A stretch of DNA of 56,243 bases from an uncultured Gammaproteobacteria bacterium (GTDB lineage: Bacteria > Pseudomonadota > Gammaproteobacteria > Steroidobacterales > SZUA-146): assembly GCA_963922815.1 (NCBI GenBank), contig CAWUKD010000005.1, forward strand, positions 1 through 56,243, given 5' to 3'. This document shows, one piece after another, positions 1 through 10,235 of the stretch; position 1 is the first letter of the stretch, and every line of letters begins with the position of its first letter. A model generated the notes under the pieces. It made no database searches. It saw only the letters and a program-made list of their open reading frames with translations, and was not told the origin of the DNA. Both the position numbers and the translations under genes were made by a program.

Positions 1-267
1 AACGCCACCAGCGCATCGCTCGCAGGCGCCCAGCCGGACATCGACCACACGCTGCTGCAGAACGCGGTGTGCTACGACATGATGTACGGAGCCAGCGCGC
101 AGCCGTTTCTCAAGTGGGCCGGCGCACAGGGTGCCAGCGCGCTGCACGACGGTCTTGGCATGCTGATTGAACAGGCGGCCGCGTCGTTTTTGCTGTGGCA
201 CGAAGTACGTCCGGACACCGCACCGGTTCGCGAGATGCTAGCCAGGACTCAGCCGAAAACCCGCTGA
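1..267 (+). CDS. aroE: Shikimate dehydrogenase, C-terminal part (5'-truncated by window edge)
   Basis: Frame from base 1 reads NATSASL...CYDMMYG...PFLKWA...[17 protein letters not shown], the conserved AroE C-terminal motifs. Confidence 0.93.
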   Translation, partial: NATSASLAGAQPDIDHTLLQNAVCYDMMYGASAQPFLKWAGAQGASALHDGLGMLIEQAAASFLLWHEVRPDTAPVREMLARTQPKTR

Positions 268-344
268 ACCTCCAGACCAGGCATCTGGTCAACAGTCAAT
301 CGATATTGCCTGACGCGCTTCAGAAAAAACGCAGGACGCACGGA

Positions 345-1010
345 CTAAGGTTTGGCAGGTTCCACTTCTGCACTGCACGTTTGTTTGATGCCCTGCTCAA
401 TGGCGGGCCAGGCCGTGTTCAACAGTATCGGCTGCGCCTCGGCGTTGGGGTGAATACCGTCAGGCAGCATCAGATTTGCTTCCAGCGCCACGTCTTCCAT
501 CAAAAATGGAATGTAGGGTAAGCCGTGTTCGCCCGCGAGCTCGCCGTAAATCCCATGGAACTTTTCGGTGTATCGCGGTCCGTAGTTGCTCGGTATGCGC
601 ATTCCCAAAAGTACAGGAAGCGCGCCGTGCTCGGCGGCCAGCGTGATCATGGAGGTCAGATTACTGGTCATCGACTTGAGCGGCAGTCCGCGCAGGCCGT
701 CGTTGCCACCAAGCGCAATGACGACAAGTTCGGGTTTGAGTTCTGGAATCGCGTTGCGTAATCGCGACAGGCCACCCGATGTGGTGTCTCCGGAGATGCT
801 GGCATTCACTACACGATAGTCCATGTCGCGCTCTTGCAGCCGGTCGCCAAGCAACGCTACCCAGCCGTCGGCTGTGTCGATACCATAGGCAGCGCTAAGG
901 CTGTCGCCCACCACAAGGATCACCGGTTTTTCATCGGTGGTATGGTCACATGCTGCGGCAGGCAATCCCGTCAGCAGCATTAACCCGATAATAATCCAGC
1001 GTTTATTCAT
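345..1010 (-). CDS. tesA: Arylesterase / acyl-CoA thioesterase I (SGNH/GDSL hydrolase)
   Basis: GDSLS, SGDTT, GGND and DGIHP blocks. Start placed at MNKRWIII (1010), which gives a signal peptide; the longer track ORF overlaps ybbA. Confidence 0.9.
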   Translation of the reverse strand: MNKRWIIIGLMLLTGLPAAACDHTTDEKPVILVVGDSLSAAYGIDTADGWVALLGDRLQERDMDYRVVNASISGDTTSGGLSRLRNAIPELKPELVVIALGGNDGLRGLPLKSMTSNLTSMITLAAEHGALPVLLGMRIPSNYGPRYTEKFHGIYGELAGEHGLPYIPFLMEDVALEANLMLPDGIHPNAEAQPILLNTAWPAIEQGIKQTCSAEVEPAKP

Positions 1011-1695
1011 GACTACAACAGACCCTTTGGCGCTACGCGCCGTTGCTTTGTCCAAACAGGTTACCAGCCCTGAAGGATCTCTGACCATTCTTGACGACGT
1101 GAGTTTCGAGATTGAACGAGGTCGTTCCGTCGCCATCTGCGGCCCCTCGGGCGCCGGCAAGTCTACCTTGCTGTCGCTGATGGCCGGACTCGACCACGCC
1201 AGCAGCGGTGAAATCTGGCTGGACGGCACGGAGCTGGGCGGGCTCGACGAAGACGGTCGCGCCGCGCTGCGGGCGCATCGCGTCGGCTTTGTGTTCCAGT
1301 CGTTTCACCTTGTTCCGTCGCTGACCGCGCTGGAGAACGTCATGCTGCCGCTGGAACTCGACGACTCGGGCAACCCCCGCAAACGCGCCACGGACATTCT
1401 GACGTCGGTCGGACTGGCTGCGCGCACCGGCCACTATCCCAATCAGCTGTCGGGCGGAGAAAAGCAGCGCGTCGCGATTGCGCGCGCGTTTGCCGGACAT
1501 CCCACGGTGCTGTTTGCCGATGAACCCACGGGAAACCTCGACAGCGCCACGGGCGACACCATTATCGAGCTGCTGTTTGCGCTCAATGAACAGCAGCACA
1601 CCACCCTGATACTGGTGACCCACGACGAAGATCTGGCGGCACGCTGCGATCGGCGCCTGCGTCTCGCCGCTGGCAAACTGGTCGCAGACGAATGA
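1009..1695 (+). CDS. ybbA: ABC transporter ATP-binding protein (LolD/YbbA-like)
   Basis: Walker A GPSGAGKS, signature LSGGEKQR, Walker B LFADEPTGNLD, VTHD. Divergent from tesA as in E. coli. Confidence 0.88.
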   Translation: MTTTDPLALRAVALSKQVTSPEGSLTILDDVSFEIERGRSVAICGPSGAGKSTLLSLMAGLDHASSGEIWLDGTELGGLDEDGRAALRAHRVGFVFQSFHLVPSLTALENVMLPLELDDSGNPRKRATDILTSVGLAARTGHYPNQLSGGEKQRVAIARAFAGHPTVLFADEPTGNLDSATGDTIIELLFALNEQQHTTLILVTHDEDLAARCDRRLRLAAGKLVADE

Positions 1696-1708
1696 ATGTA
1701 GTCCCGAC

Positions 1709-4318
1709 ATGATCAAAGCCGTTCGATTTGGTCTCAGATCGCTGTGGCGCGACGCCAGAGCCGGAGAACTGGCGGTGCTGCTCGCGGCCCTCGTGGTGGC
1801 CGCCGGCACCGTTACGGCCATTGGCTTTCTGACGGACCGCATTAATCAGGCCGTACAGCGGCAGGCCTCCGAAGTACTGGCCGCCGACGTACGCCTGCGC
1901 TCTGCGCGACCGCTCGACCCGGTGGTGTTCGAGCGCGCCCGGGAGCTGGGACTCGCCACGGCCCGCATTCTGAATTTCCCAAGCGTCGTTTACAAAGGCG
2001 ACGACAGCGTACTGTCAACCATTCAGGCTGTCAGCGACGCCTACCCGCTGCGTGGCGAGCTGCGTACCGCGTCGGCGATTGGCCAGTCCGGGACACCGCG
2101 CAACGTGATACCGGAGCCTGGCAAGGTCTGGTTTGATTCAGCGCTGCTGGCGCGACTCGGCGCGCAGCCGGGCGACGTGGTCGAGATTGGCGCCGGTACG
2201 TTCACCATTGACGCCGTACTGAGTTTTCGTCCCGATCAGAACCCCGGATTTTCAGGGCTGTCACCCACGCTCATCATGAACATCGACGATGTGCCGGGCA
2301 CCGAGCTGGTCCGCGAGGGTTCCCGGGTGCAGCATTTCGGTCTGATCGCCGGCGAGTCGGGGTTAGTTGATCGCTACGTCGGTGACATCCGGGCGCTCGA
2401 GATCGAGGGGCTCAGAATACAAAACCGCGGCGACGCCGGTAACCAGCTCAACAACGCCATCGATCGGGCCGGTCGCTTTCTGGGGCTGGCCTCCCTGATC
2501 AGCCTGCTGCTGGCGGCGGTTGCGGTGGCCATGTCGGCCCGTCGCTACGCGCAGCGTCGCCTGGACACGGCGGCACTGATGAAAACCGTGGGCGCATCCC
2601 AGCGTTTTGTTCTGACCAGCGCACTGACCCAGCTCCTGGTCATTGGCGTACTGGCCAGCCTGATTGGTGCGTTTCTTGGCTTTGCGGCAGAACGCATTCT
2701 GACCACGATTCTCGATGATTTGCTGCAGGATGACTTACCCGGCGCATCGCTGGCACCGTTTGTGCTCGGGTTCGGCACCGTTCTGATTCTACTCGTCGGA
2801 TTCGCGTTGCCCGCGGTGATGCGGCTCGGTGACACGCCGCCGGCGCGCGTCCTGCGCAAGGATCTGAAGCCCGCGCCAACGGGCGCGTTTGTGACCTACG
2901 GGCTGGCCGTGCTCGCGCTGGGCGGTCTGGTGTACTGGTCCGTTCGCGACCTTGCGCTTCTGGCGGTGATTCTCGGCGGTACGGCGGCAACCGGTCTTGT
3001 GCTGTTTGTGGTCGGTCGCCTGCTGGTTCTGCTGCTGTCGAAACGCACGGGTCGTGTGGGCGTCGCCTGGCGCTACGGCCTTGCCAATATTGCGCGTCGC
3101 GGATCCGAGAGCGCGGTGCAGATAGTCGCGTTTGGGCTGGGACTTATGGTGCTGCTCGTTTTGACGATCGTTCGCAATGACCTCCTGCTGGGATGGCGGG
3201 CAACACTGGATGCCACGGCGTCCAATCAGTTTCTGATCAATATTCAGCCTGATGAACGCGATGGCCTGCTCGAACTGATGCAGCGCGAAGGTCTGCCTGA
3301 TCCCGAACTGGTTCCGCTGGTTCGCGCCCGCATGACGCATGTCGATGGCGTTGAAGTACGCGAACGCCAGTATGATTCACCGCGCGGCAGACGGCTGGCC
3401 AATCGCGACGCCAACCTGACCTACAGTAACTTGCTGCCGGCTTCCAACACGGTCACGGCCGGAAACTGGTGGGGCACGTATGCCGCAGGCCCGCAGTTGC
3501 CGGATGGCACTGGTGAGCCAATGCCCGCAACCGGATCGAAGAACTCGCAGACAGCACCGCAAACGACAGCTGATGCAGACATTGCCGATGCATCCGCATT
3601 GTCGCCGCCCACGAATCATCAGGTATCGGTTGAAGCAGACGCGGCACGCGACATGCACCTGGAGCTCGGTAACGTTTTGACCATTAACGTGGCTGGCACA
3701 GAGATCAGCGCCACGGTTACCTCGTTCCGGGAAATAAAATGGGATTCATTCGAACCCAATTTTTTCATGGTGTTTACACCGGAAGCGCTGTCCGACGCCC
3801 CCCAAACGTTTATCACGAGCCTGAACGTCACGGACGAACAGCGGCCCGCTCTGATTACACTGGTCAGGGCCTATCCCGGCATTTCGGTGATCGATATTGA
3901 AGCGACGCTGGATCAGGTGCGCCGCGTGATCGACAAAGCGGTACTGGCCGTTCAGGTGGTCTTTATGTTCACGCTTCTGGCCGGGATTGTCGTGCTGTTC
4001 GCTGCCGTGCAGTCGACTCTTGATGAACGTCGCTATGAAAGCGCGCTGCTGCGCACGTTCGGCGCCAAACGTCGCACGGTGTTGGCCGGACTCGCTACCG
4101 AATTTATCGTACTCGGCTTTGCCTCCGGCGTGTTTGCCGCGCTGGGCGCTACCATTGTTGGTGGCCTGGCCGCCGTACAGCTGTTTGATATGCCGTGGTC
4201 GATCAACCCCTGGCTGTGGGTCGCCGGCGCGTTCGCCGGTGCGATTATCGTTGGAGTCAGCGGCATCATCGCGACGCGCGACGCCGTCGAAACGTCACCC
4301 GTTACGATTCTGCGGTAG
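1709..4318 (+). CDS. ybbP: ABC transporter permease, duplicated FtsX/MacB-type (YbbP)
   Basis: 869 aa, two TM clusters, YPLRGEL, FLINIQP and WDSFEPNFF motifs. Follows ybbA. Confidence 0.88.
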   Translation: MIKAVRFGLRSLWRDARAGELAVLLAALVVAAGTVTAIGFLTDRINQAVQRQASEVLAADVRLRSARPLDPVVFERARELGLATARILNFPSVVYKGDDSVLSTIQAVSDAYPLRGELRTASAIGQSGTPRNVIPEPGKVWFDSALLARLGAQPGDVVEIGAGTFTIDAVLSFRPDQNPGFSGLSPTLIMNIDDVPGTELVREGSRVQHFGLIAGESGLVDRYVGDIRALEIEGLRIQNRGDAGNQLNNAIDRAGRFLGLASLISLLLAAVAVAMSARRYAQRRLDTAALMKTVGASQRFVLTSALTQLLVIGVLASLIGAFLGFAAERILTTILDDLLQDDLPGASLAPFVLGFGTVLILLVGFALPAVMRLGDTPPARVLRKDLKPAPTGAFVTYGLAVLALGGLVYWSVRDLALLAVILGGTAATGLVLFVVGRLLVLLLSKRTGRVGVAWRYGLANIARRGSESAVQIVAFGLGLMVLLVLTIVRNDLLLGWRATLDATASNQFLINIQPDERDGLLELMQREGLPDPELVPLVRARMTHVDGVEVRERQYDSPRGRRLANRDANLTYSNLLPASNTVTAGNWWGTYAAGPQLPDGTGEPMPATGSKNSQTAPQTTADADIADASALSPPTNHQVSVEADAARDMHLELGNVLTINVAGTEISATVTSFREIKWDSFEPNFFMVFTPEALSDAPQTFITSLNVTDEQRPALITLVRAYPGISVIDIEATLDQVRRVIDKAVLAVQVVFMFTLLAGIVVLFAAVQSTLDERRYESALLRTFGAKRRTVLAGLATEFIVLGFASGVFAALGATIVGGLAAVQLFDMPWSINPWLWVAGAFAGAIIVGVSGIIATRDAVETSPVTILR

Positions 4319-4327
4319 CCTCGCTTA

Positions 4328-4738
4328 TCAGAACGGCAAGCCGGTTTGCTGCACGATGCCATATACGTACACCAGCAAAGCGACGAGTCCGACGATCCAG
4401 ATCAAAGAGCGCAGGATAGTGACCCCGGCAGCATAGACGAGGAAATAGGCCAACCGGGTGATGACGTACACAACGGCGGCTCGCTGCGTCCACGGATTCG
4501 AAATACCGCCGGCGGCCGAGATCACGACCAGCGGAATAAACATGACCAGCCCTTCGATCTGATTGCGCACATTGCGATCGAGGCGCCCTCCCAGGTCTCC
4601 GATGCCGGAAGGCGTGCCGTCGCGGTTGCTCAATCCGTACGCCGCGCCGGCTTTGACGTCCATATAGACCGCCTGAGCCACGATTGACAGCAGCATGACC
4701 AAACAACTACCCAGAAGCGCCCATAACTCAATACTCAT
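4328..4738 (-). CDS. MAPEG family membrane protein
   Basis: 136 aa, about 4 TM segments, R..RN..E..F pattern and RLAY..Y typical of MAPEG. Confidence 0.8.
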   Translation of the reverse strand: MSIELWALLGSCLVMLLSIVAQAVYMDVKAGAAYGLSNRDGTPSGIGDLGGRLDRNVRNQIEGLVMFIPLVVISAAGGISNPWTQRAAVVYVITRLAYFLVYAAGVTILRSLIWIVGLVALLVYVYGIVQQTGLPF

Positions 4739-4901
4739 CAGGTGTTCCTCGTCGCAATAATGGTTGGGTTCAGTCTGGGTAATTGGCCCAATAATTACAA
4801 GTGCAACAAATTGACGTGAATTTCACATCACCGGATTCACATTGAGCGCCAGTTTTTCAAGAGCGGTCCGCGTACCGCCGAGCGAGTTTGAGGATATGTC
4901 T

Positions 4902-5183
4902 ATGAAAGCAATCTGGAACGGACAGGTCATCGCCGAATCAGACGACACGGTGATTGTTGAGAGCAACCACTATTTTCCGATGTCGTCGGTCAACCGCGAA
5001 TTTCTCGAAAACAGTGACCGAACAACCGTGTGCGGCTGGAAGGGAACGGCGAACTACTTCGATGTTCGCGTAGACGGCAAAGCCGTTCCGGAAGCGGCGT
5101 TTTATTACGCCGATCCGAAGGAAGCGGCTGCGTCAATCAAAGACCGCATCGCATTCTGGCGTGGCGTCGAGGTCGTGGCCTGA
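4902..5183 (+). CDS. DUF427 domain protein
   Basis: MKAIWNGQVIAESD...ESNHYFP...TVCGWKGTANY...IAFW. GAGGA RBS 7 nt upstream of 4902. Confidence 0.88.
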   Translation: MKAIWNGQVIAESDDTVIVESNHYFPMSSVNREFLENSDRTTVCGWKGTANYFDVRVDGKAVPEAAFYYADPKEAAASIKDRIAFWRGVEVVA

Positions 5184-5277
5184 CACGGTATCTGAACGCA
5201 TACGCCAACGACCAGAGTCGCTGCACTCAGACGTTGATACCCAGCGGGACCGTGCAACCACGGCAGCTTCAAACGAC

Positions 5278-5299
5278 ATGGGGGGCTTTCGCCCCCCAT
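5278..5299. terminator. GC-rich hairpin between convergent genes
   Basis: ATGGGGGGC-TTTC-GCCCCCCAT, perfect 9-bp stem. U-tract is weak. Confidence 0.6.
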
Positions 5300-5306
5300 C
5301 TTAAGA

Positions 5307-6878
5307 TCAGTACTTGACGCGTACCGTGTAGGTCAGTTTCTTCGAACTCTCGGCCGGTACCTTGATACGCCATTCGGCGGTGCCAGCGGCCACTTTGAGA
5401 TGTTTTTCGCTTTCGGACAGCATCTCCCAGTCGCCCGGAATGGGCTCCCGAACCACGACTTCGACCACTTCTTTTTTGGCGTTCTTGAGCTCAATCTCAA
5501 AACTTGAGTCAAATACGTTGCGCTTCATGATGCGTTCGCGCACTTCAAAATCAGTCTGTTTTTTATTGGCCGTTACGTCGAACGACTCGCCAAGCTTGAG
5601 TCGTACGCGCTCTTTGTTCGGCGTATGGTCGATATTGTCTTCGCCGACAAACTGCGCGTTTCCGCTCGAGTCTTTTTTGTACACGCGCACAATGCCTTTG
5701 GGTAGCGGCACTCCGAGACCTTCTTTTTTCTCGTTCTGGAACTGCACGAACACGCCCAGCTTGAGTTTCTGACCAATGTCGCCATAGCTCGAGCTGTAGT
5801 AGTAGTTGCTGCCCTGAAGAACCAGCTCTTTTTTGACGCCCACGTCAGACGCGGTTAGCAGGGACACCTGCTTGGTTTGCTTGTCGGCGATAGTGGTAGG
5901 CCGGCCCAGCGTGTACAGGTGATACTCGAACAGGCTTTCCTCGGCCATGCCGGCGTCGGCCATTGCCGATTCAGCCATCATGGTGCGCGACTTCATCATG
6001 CGCTGGTTCATTTCCGGCTGCACCTGATTCACGTCGCCGGCCACGAGCTGCATGGTGGCGTTGTTGTAGGTGGCCCCGCTTTGATTGTTCAGCGTCACCC
6101 AGCCCATCAGATCCAGTTCATTGTCGTCGTTGCTCAGTTCCGCCACGTAGTCGGCTTTCCAGGACAGTCCGCCGGTCAGGTAGCTGAGCTCCAGGTCCTG
6201 TGCGCCGCCGTCGCTGTCCATGGTGATGGAAAGCGTTGGCTCATCGCGCAGGTTTTTGGGTACGTCGCCAAAAATAAACCGGCCGGTGGGATTAATCTCG
6301 ATGCGATCACCAATGCGAACCACCGTACCGCCGTTGGTACTGAGCACCGTGGCCTCTTCGATGGTTTCTTTACCCGTTGCCGGGTTCATCGTGGCAATGC
6401 GCACCTGTTTGCCCGTGTACTTTTCGAGAAGCTTTTGAGGCGTGAGCAAATCAAAGTCAAAGTTTTGTTCGATCACCTTGACGCCGCCCGACTTGGTCAG
6501 GCTGCGAATCAACGCCGTTTCCGGTCGCATCCGGGCACTAACGCCCCGGTACGCCAGCTGATTGACGCCTTTGCTCGTGCGCACGTTGCGAGCGTCTTTC
6601 ACGAGCGCCAGGTTTTCGTTGTAAATAGTGACGGCGACCGATTTTTGGTCGTCGAGCGTGGTTCGAATTTCGTCTGCTTTCAATGGAGGGGCCTCTGCAA
6701 AGCAACCGGCGGTCAATAGTACAACGGCCAGAGTGCTCAACCGCACATCGGCCAGCTGTCGCTTGAACGCCGACGCCGGGTTAAATGGATTCAACGTGGC
6801 TGCACAGGCTTCTGATTCGACAGCGCTTGTGCGTGATCCGGTAGGGGTACCGGTCGGATGAATTGAAACGTGGGTCAT
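5307..6878 (-). CDS. DUF4139 domain protein, probable lipoprotein
   Basis: VTIYNENLALVKD, YLTGGLSWKADY, LVAGDV, GEDNIDHTP motifs. Lipobox LTAGC. Start is either ATG 6878 (GGAG RBS) or GTG 6746. Confidence 0.82.
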   Translation of the reverse strand: MTHVSIHPTGTPTGSRTSAVESEACAATLNPFNPASAFKRQLADVRLSTLAVVLLTAGCFAEAPPLKADEIRTTLDDQKSVAVTIYNENLALVKDARNVRTSKGVNQLAYRGVSARMRPETALIRSLTKSGGVKVIEQNFDFDLLTPQKLLEKYTGKQVRIATMNPATGKETIEEATVLSTNGGTVVRIGDRIEINPTGRFIFGDVPKNLRDEPTLSITMDSDGGAQDLELSYLTGGLSWKADYVAELSNDDNELDLMGWVTLNNQSGATYNNATMQLVAGDVNQVQPEMNQRMMKSRTMMAESAMADAGMAEESLFEYHLYTLGRPTTIADKQTKQVSLLTASDVGVKKELVLQGSNYYYSSSYGDIGQKLKLGVFVQFQNEKKEGLGVPLPKGIVRVYKKDSSGNAQFVGEDNIDHTPNKERVRLKLGESFDVTANKKQTDFEVRERIMKRNVFDSSFEIELKNAKKEVVEVVVREPIPGDWEMLSESEKHLKVAAGTAEWRIKVPAESSKKLTYTVRVKY

Positions 6879-7038
6879 GAAATACACTCCGGTGTTATGC
6901 CGTGATGTCTGTATTAACGCATGAAGCCATGAAAAGGGGTCAGGCAACGGTGAAAATTTGTCAGATGACGCGATAAAGGAGCGCGCTACGAGCATTCAAT
7001 CTTACACCGCACAGAAATAATGTCATCAAGACAATGAC

Positions 7039-7593
7039 TTAGATTGATTTTGTGGGGTCCAGGTAGGCGTTTTTAAGGGTGACGTAGTGGGCTGCCCCGG
7101 TGCGCAGCTTGTCGAGCTCCGCCTCGGTCAGTTTACGCACTCGCCGCGCTGGCCGGCCCTGGTACAGATATCCGCTCTCGAGGACCTTGCCAGGCGCCAC
7201 CAGGCTACCCGCCGCCAGCAGTACATCGCTGTCGATAACCGCCCCGTCCATGACCAGCGCGCCCATGCCAATCAGGCAGCGATCGCCCACCGAGCAGCCG
7301 TGCAGCATGACCTTGTGGCCTACGGTCACATCCTCACCCACAATCAGCGGATAGCCGTCCGGCAGAGCGTTTCGTTTGGAGGCCACGTGCAGCACGCTGC
7401 CATCCTGGATATTGGAACGTGCGCCAATCTCGATATAGTTGACGTCCCCCCTGGCCACGACCAGCGGCCAGATCGACACGTCATCGGCCAGCGCCACCCG
7501 ACCAATGACCACGGCGCTCGGGTCGACGAAAACGTGTTCGCCCACTTCTGGTATGTGGTGCAAAAAAGGGCGCAGGTGCTCGGGTCGATCCAT
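7039..7593 (-). CDS. yrdA: Gamma-carbonic-anhydrase-like hexapeptide repeat protein
   Basis: RGDVNYI, SNIQDGSVLH, VTVGHKVMLHGC motifs. Start at MDRPEH; a TTG start at 7644 through the tandem repeat is possible. Confidence 0.88.
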   Translation of the reverse strand: MDRPEHLRPFLHHIPEVGEHVFVDPSAVVIGRVALADDVSIWPLVVARGDVNYIEIGARSNIQDGSVLHVASKRNALPDGYPLIVGEDVTVGHKVMLHGCSVGDRCLIGMGALVMDGAVIDSDVLLAAGSLVAPGKVLESGYLYQGRPARRVRKLTEAELDKLRTGAAHYVTLKNAYLDPTKSI

Positions 7594-7600
7594 CTTTGAT

Positions 7601-7650
7601 ATTCCTTGGCTCAGTATTCCTTGGCTCAATAATGCTTGGCTCAATAATCC
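7601..7650. repeat. 15-bp tandem repeat x3.3 at the yrdA 5' end
   Basis: ATTCCTTGGCTCAGT / ATTCCTTGGCTCAAT / AATGCTTGGCTCAAT / AATCC. Confidence 0.85.
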
Positions 7651-7932
7651 AGGGCCCAGTAACTCCGGGCTATGACAAGCACGCTGAAAACACCGTGCTC
7701 GCCGGTGTCGGCGGCTGACGCGTCGCGAACTCGTGGATCACCGTATGCAAGCATCCGGAGCACCGTTTCATAATCTAACCGGGTTCAGCGTACGACTGGC
7801 ATCTTACACAGGGTTCCCGCTTCTGGAAACGGCTGACCCGGCACTGAGCAGACTAACTCATCCGCCGGCCCGGCACGATTCAGGGAACGATCGAAGGCCG
7901 CGTTATCCTCGCCCGCACTATCGTATACTTCC

Positions 7933-8679
7933 GTGATGCTGCCCATCGACCTGTTTACCGAGCACCAGACCCTGCTGTGGCTTGTGACTCTGCTCATCGA
8001 TCTTGGATTTGCCGTGCTGTGCTACCGACTGTTCGGTCGTATCGGACTTATCGGCGTGATTATCTTCAGTTTGCTGATGGCCAATATCCTGGGACCCAAG
8101 CTGACCATCATTGGCGGCCTGCAAACCAGCATGGGCGTTATTTTGTACTCCAGCATCTTCTTCGCTACGGACCTTTTGAGCGAACTCTACGGTCGCAGAG
8201 CCGCACAGCGTGCCGTGTTGCTGGGGTTTCTGGTCAGCGTTGCGCTTGTGGTCATGACCCAGATCAGCATGCTGTTCCTGCCGTCCAACGCGCCGGAGAC
8301 AGCGGAGTTCGCACAGTCCGTACACGGCGCAACGTTAACGCTTTTCGACTACACGCCGCGCTTCGTGTTCGGCTCACTGATCGCCTACCTGATCAGCCAG
8401 TCCTTCGATGTCTGGATTTTCCACCGCATCAAACAGGCCACCGCCGGCCGCCACCTGTGGCTGCGTAACACGCTGTCGACGCTGCTCTCGCAGCTCGTGG
8501 ATACCGTGATCTACGGCCTGATCGTGTGGTGGGGGCTGGTCAGTCTGAGCACCGCCTTGCAGCTGGCTGCAGCCAAATACGTGTTCAAATTCGCGATTGC
8601 CGTGATCGATACGCCGTTTATTTACTGGGCGCGGAGCTGGCACGACAAACACGACAAAAGCCGTGGAGAGTCGCTATGA
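7933..8679 (+). CDS. yhhQ: Queuosine precursor transporter (Vut_1/YhhQ family)
   Basis: ANILGPK, F.ATDLLSE.YG, GSLIAYLISQ.FDV..F, LWLRN..ST..SQLVDT, DTPFIY. Confidence 0.88.
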   Translation: MMLPIDLFTEHQTLLWLVTLLIDLGFAVLCYRLFGRIGLIGVIIFSLLMANILGPKLTIIGGLQTSMGVILYSSIFFATDLLSELYGRRAAQRAVLLGFLVSVALVVMTQISMLFLPSNAPETAEFAQSVHGATLTLFDYTPRFVFGSLIAYLISQSFDVWIFHRIKQATAGRHLWLRNTLSTLLSQLVDTVIYGLIVWWGLVSLSTALQLAAAKYVFKFAIAVIDTPFIYWARSWHDKHDKSRGESL

Positions 8680-8780
8680 ACGACATACAGGCGTCTGCGT
8701 TCGGTCGAAAATCACACCTCAGTGCAAGGACAACAGCTTCCCTGACCGACGCCGCCATCACTTAAATGTTTGACGATCTC

Positions 8781-8810
8781 GCGCTCCGTGTTCGCTTGCG
8801 CACGGAGCGC
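8781..8810. terminator. Hairpin between convergent yhhQ and gor
   Basis: GCGCTCCGTG-N10-CACGGAGCGC, perfect 10-bp stem. Confidence 0.55.
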
Positions 8811-8818
8811 TCCCAAAC

Positions 8819-10165
8819 CTACGGCATCGTGACAAACTCTTCCGCGCTCGTCGGGTGTATCGCCACGGTGTTGTCAAAATCTTCCTTGGTCGCGCCCATT
8901 TTGATAGCAACGGCAAAGCCCTGCATCATTTCGTCGGCGCCATCGCCGATGACGTGGCAGCCGACGATCCTGCGATCTTTGCCTTGCGTGATGAGCTTCA
9001 TGGCCGCCGGCAGTTTACGCTCGGTGAGCTGATAGTACATCGGTGTAAATTTGGAGGTGAACACTTCGACCGCATCACCATAGGCTTCGCGCGCTTCAGG
9101 CTCGGTCATGCCCACGGTGCCAATCACGGGGTGCGTGAAGACCACGGTGGCAATGTTGCTGTAATCAAGATGACGGTCGGTCATCCCGGCGTACAGGCGA
9201 TCGGACAGCCGTCTTCCGGCAGCAATGGCAACCGGTGTGAGCGCCACGGCGCCCGTTACGTCACCAATCGCAAAGATTTGCTCAACGTTGGTGGCCTGAT
9301 ATTTATCCACCGGCACAAACCCGCGAGAATTACTGGCGACGCCGGCCGCCTCAAGATTGAGGCCTTCGACGTTCGGCGCCCGACCAATGGCCCACAGAAT
9401 CTCGTCGAACCCGCCAATCACATCGCCGTGATTGGTAGTGACCGCATAGGTATCGCCCGTTTGTTCGACTTTGACCGGCCGAGTGTTGGTGTAGAAATTG
9501 ACGCCCTGCTCTTCCATCGTTTGCGTGAGCGTCTCGATGAGCATCGGATCAAAACTGCGCAGCACGGATTCTTTACGCACAAAATGGTGCACTTCGGAGC
9601 CCAGCGCATTGAGCATGCCGCCAAGCTCCACCGCAATATAGCCGCTGCCGACAACCGCGATTTTTTTCGGCTGCGTTCTGAGTTCGAAGAAGCCGTCGGA
9701 CGTAATTCCGAATTCGCCGCCCGGAATATCGGGCCGCATGGGATAGCCCCCGGTGGCAACCACTATGGTCTGAGCCGTAATGGTCCGGTCACCCACCTTG
9801 ACCGTATGAGCATCGACGAAGCTGGCCGCGCCGGCCACGTATTCGACGTCTTTATTGGCGAGATTGCGCTCATAAATGCCGTTGAGACGCTTCACGTAGG
9901 CGTCGCGTCGCCCCACCAGGCCCGCCCAGTCCGAGCCGGTCTGGCTGGTCTGAACCCCGTATCCCGGGGCGTCGTGTACGGCGTGTGCCACGTGAGCGGC
10001 GTACCACATAACCTTTTTGGGCACGCAGCCGACGTTGACGCAGGTGCCGCCGAGCGGCCCCGACTCAATCACGCAGGCCTTGACGCCATGCAGTGCCGCC
10101 CGTTGAGCAGCGGCCAATCCTCCGCTGCCTCCGCCGATTGCCAGCAATTCGAAATCATAAGCCAT
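8819..10165 (-). CDS. gor: Glutathione-disulfide reductase
   Basis: [19 protein letters not shown] redox disulfide, [33 protein letters not shown]. Confidence 0.96.
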   Translation of the reverse strand: MAYDFELLAIGGGSGGLAAAQRAALHGVKACVIESGPLGGTCVNVGCVPKKVMWYAAHVAHAVHDAPGYGVQTSQTGSDWAGLVGRRDAYVKRLNGIYERNLANKDVEYVAGAASFVDAHTVKVGDRTITAQTIVVATGGYPMRPDIPGGEFGITSDGFFELRTQPKKIAVVGSGYIAVELGGMLNALGSEVHHFVRKESVLRSFDPMLIETLTQTMEEQGVNFYTNTRPVKVEQTGDTYAVTTNHGDVIGGFDEILWAIGRAPNVEGLNLEAAGVASNSRGFVPVDKYQATNVEQIFAIGDVTGAVALTPVAIAAGRRLSDRLYAGMTDRHLDYSNIATVVFTHPVIGTVGMTEPEAREAYGDAVEVFTSKFTPMYYQLTERKLPAAMKLITQGKDRRIVGCHVIGDGADEMMQGFAVAIKMGATKEDFDNTVAIHPTSAEEFVTMP

Positions 10166-10235
10166 GACGCAATTCTCTTTCCAAGTGGGGCCCAATGATA
10201 TACTGGGCGCAGACTCATTTTACAAGGGCCTGACT

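Noticed and set aside
7651-7932. Possible preQ1 riboswitch upstream of yhhQ
   Set aside because: Could not identify the preQ1-I stem-loop plus A-rich tail by eye; an Infernal/Rfam scan would be needed.
8855-10198. 447-aa plus-strand ORF
   Set aside because: Antisense shadow of gor with no recognisable motifs; common in GC-rich coding DNA.
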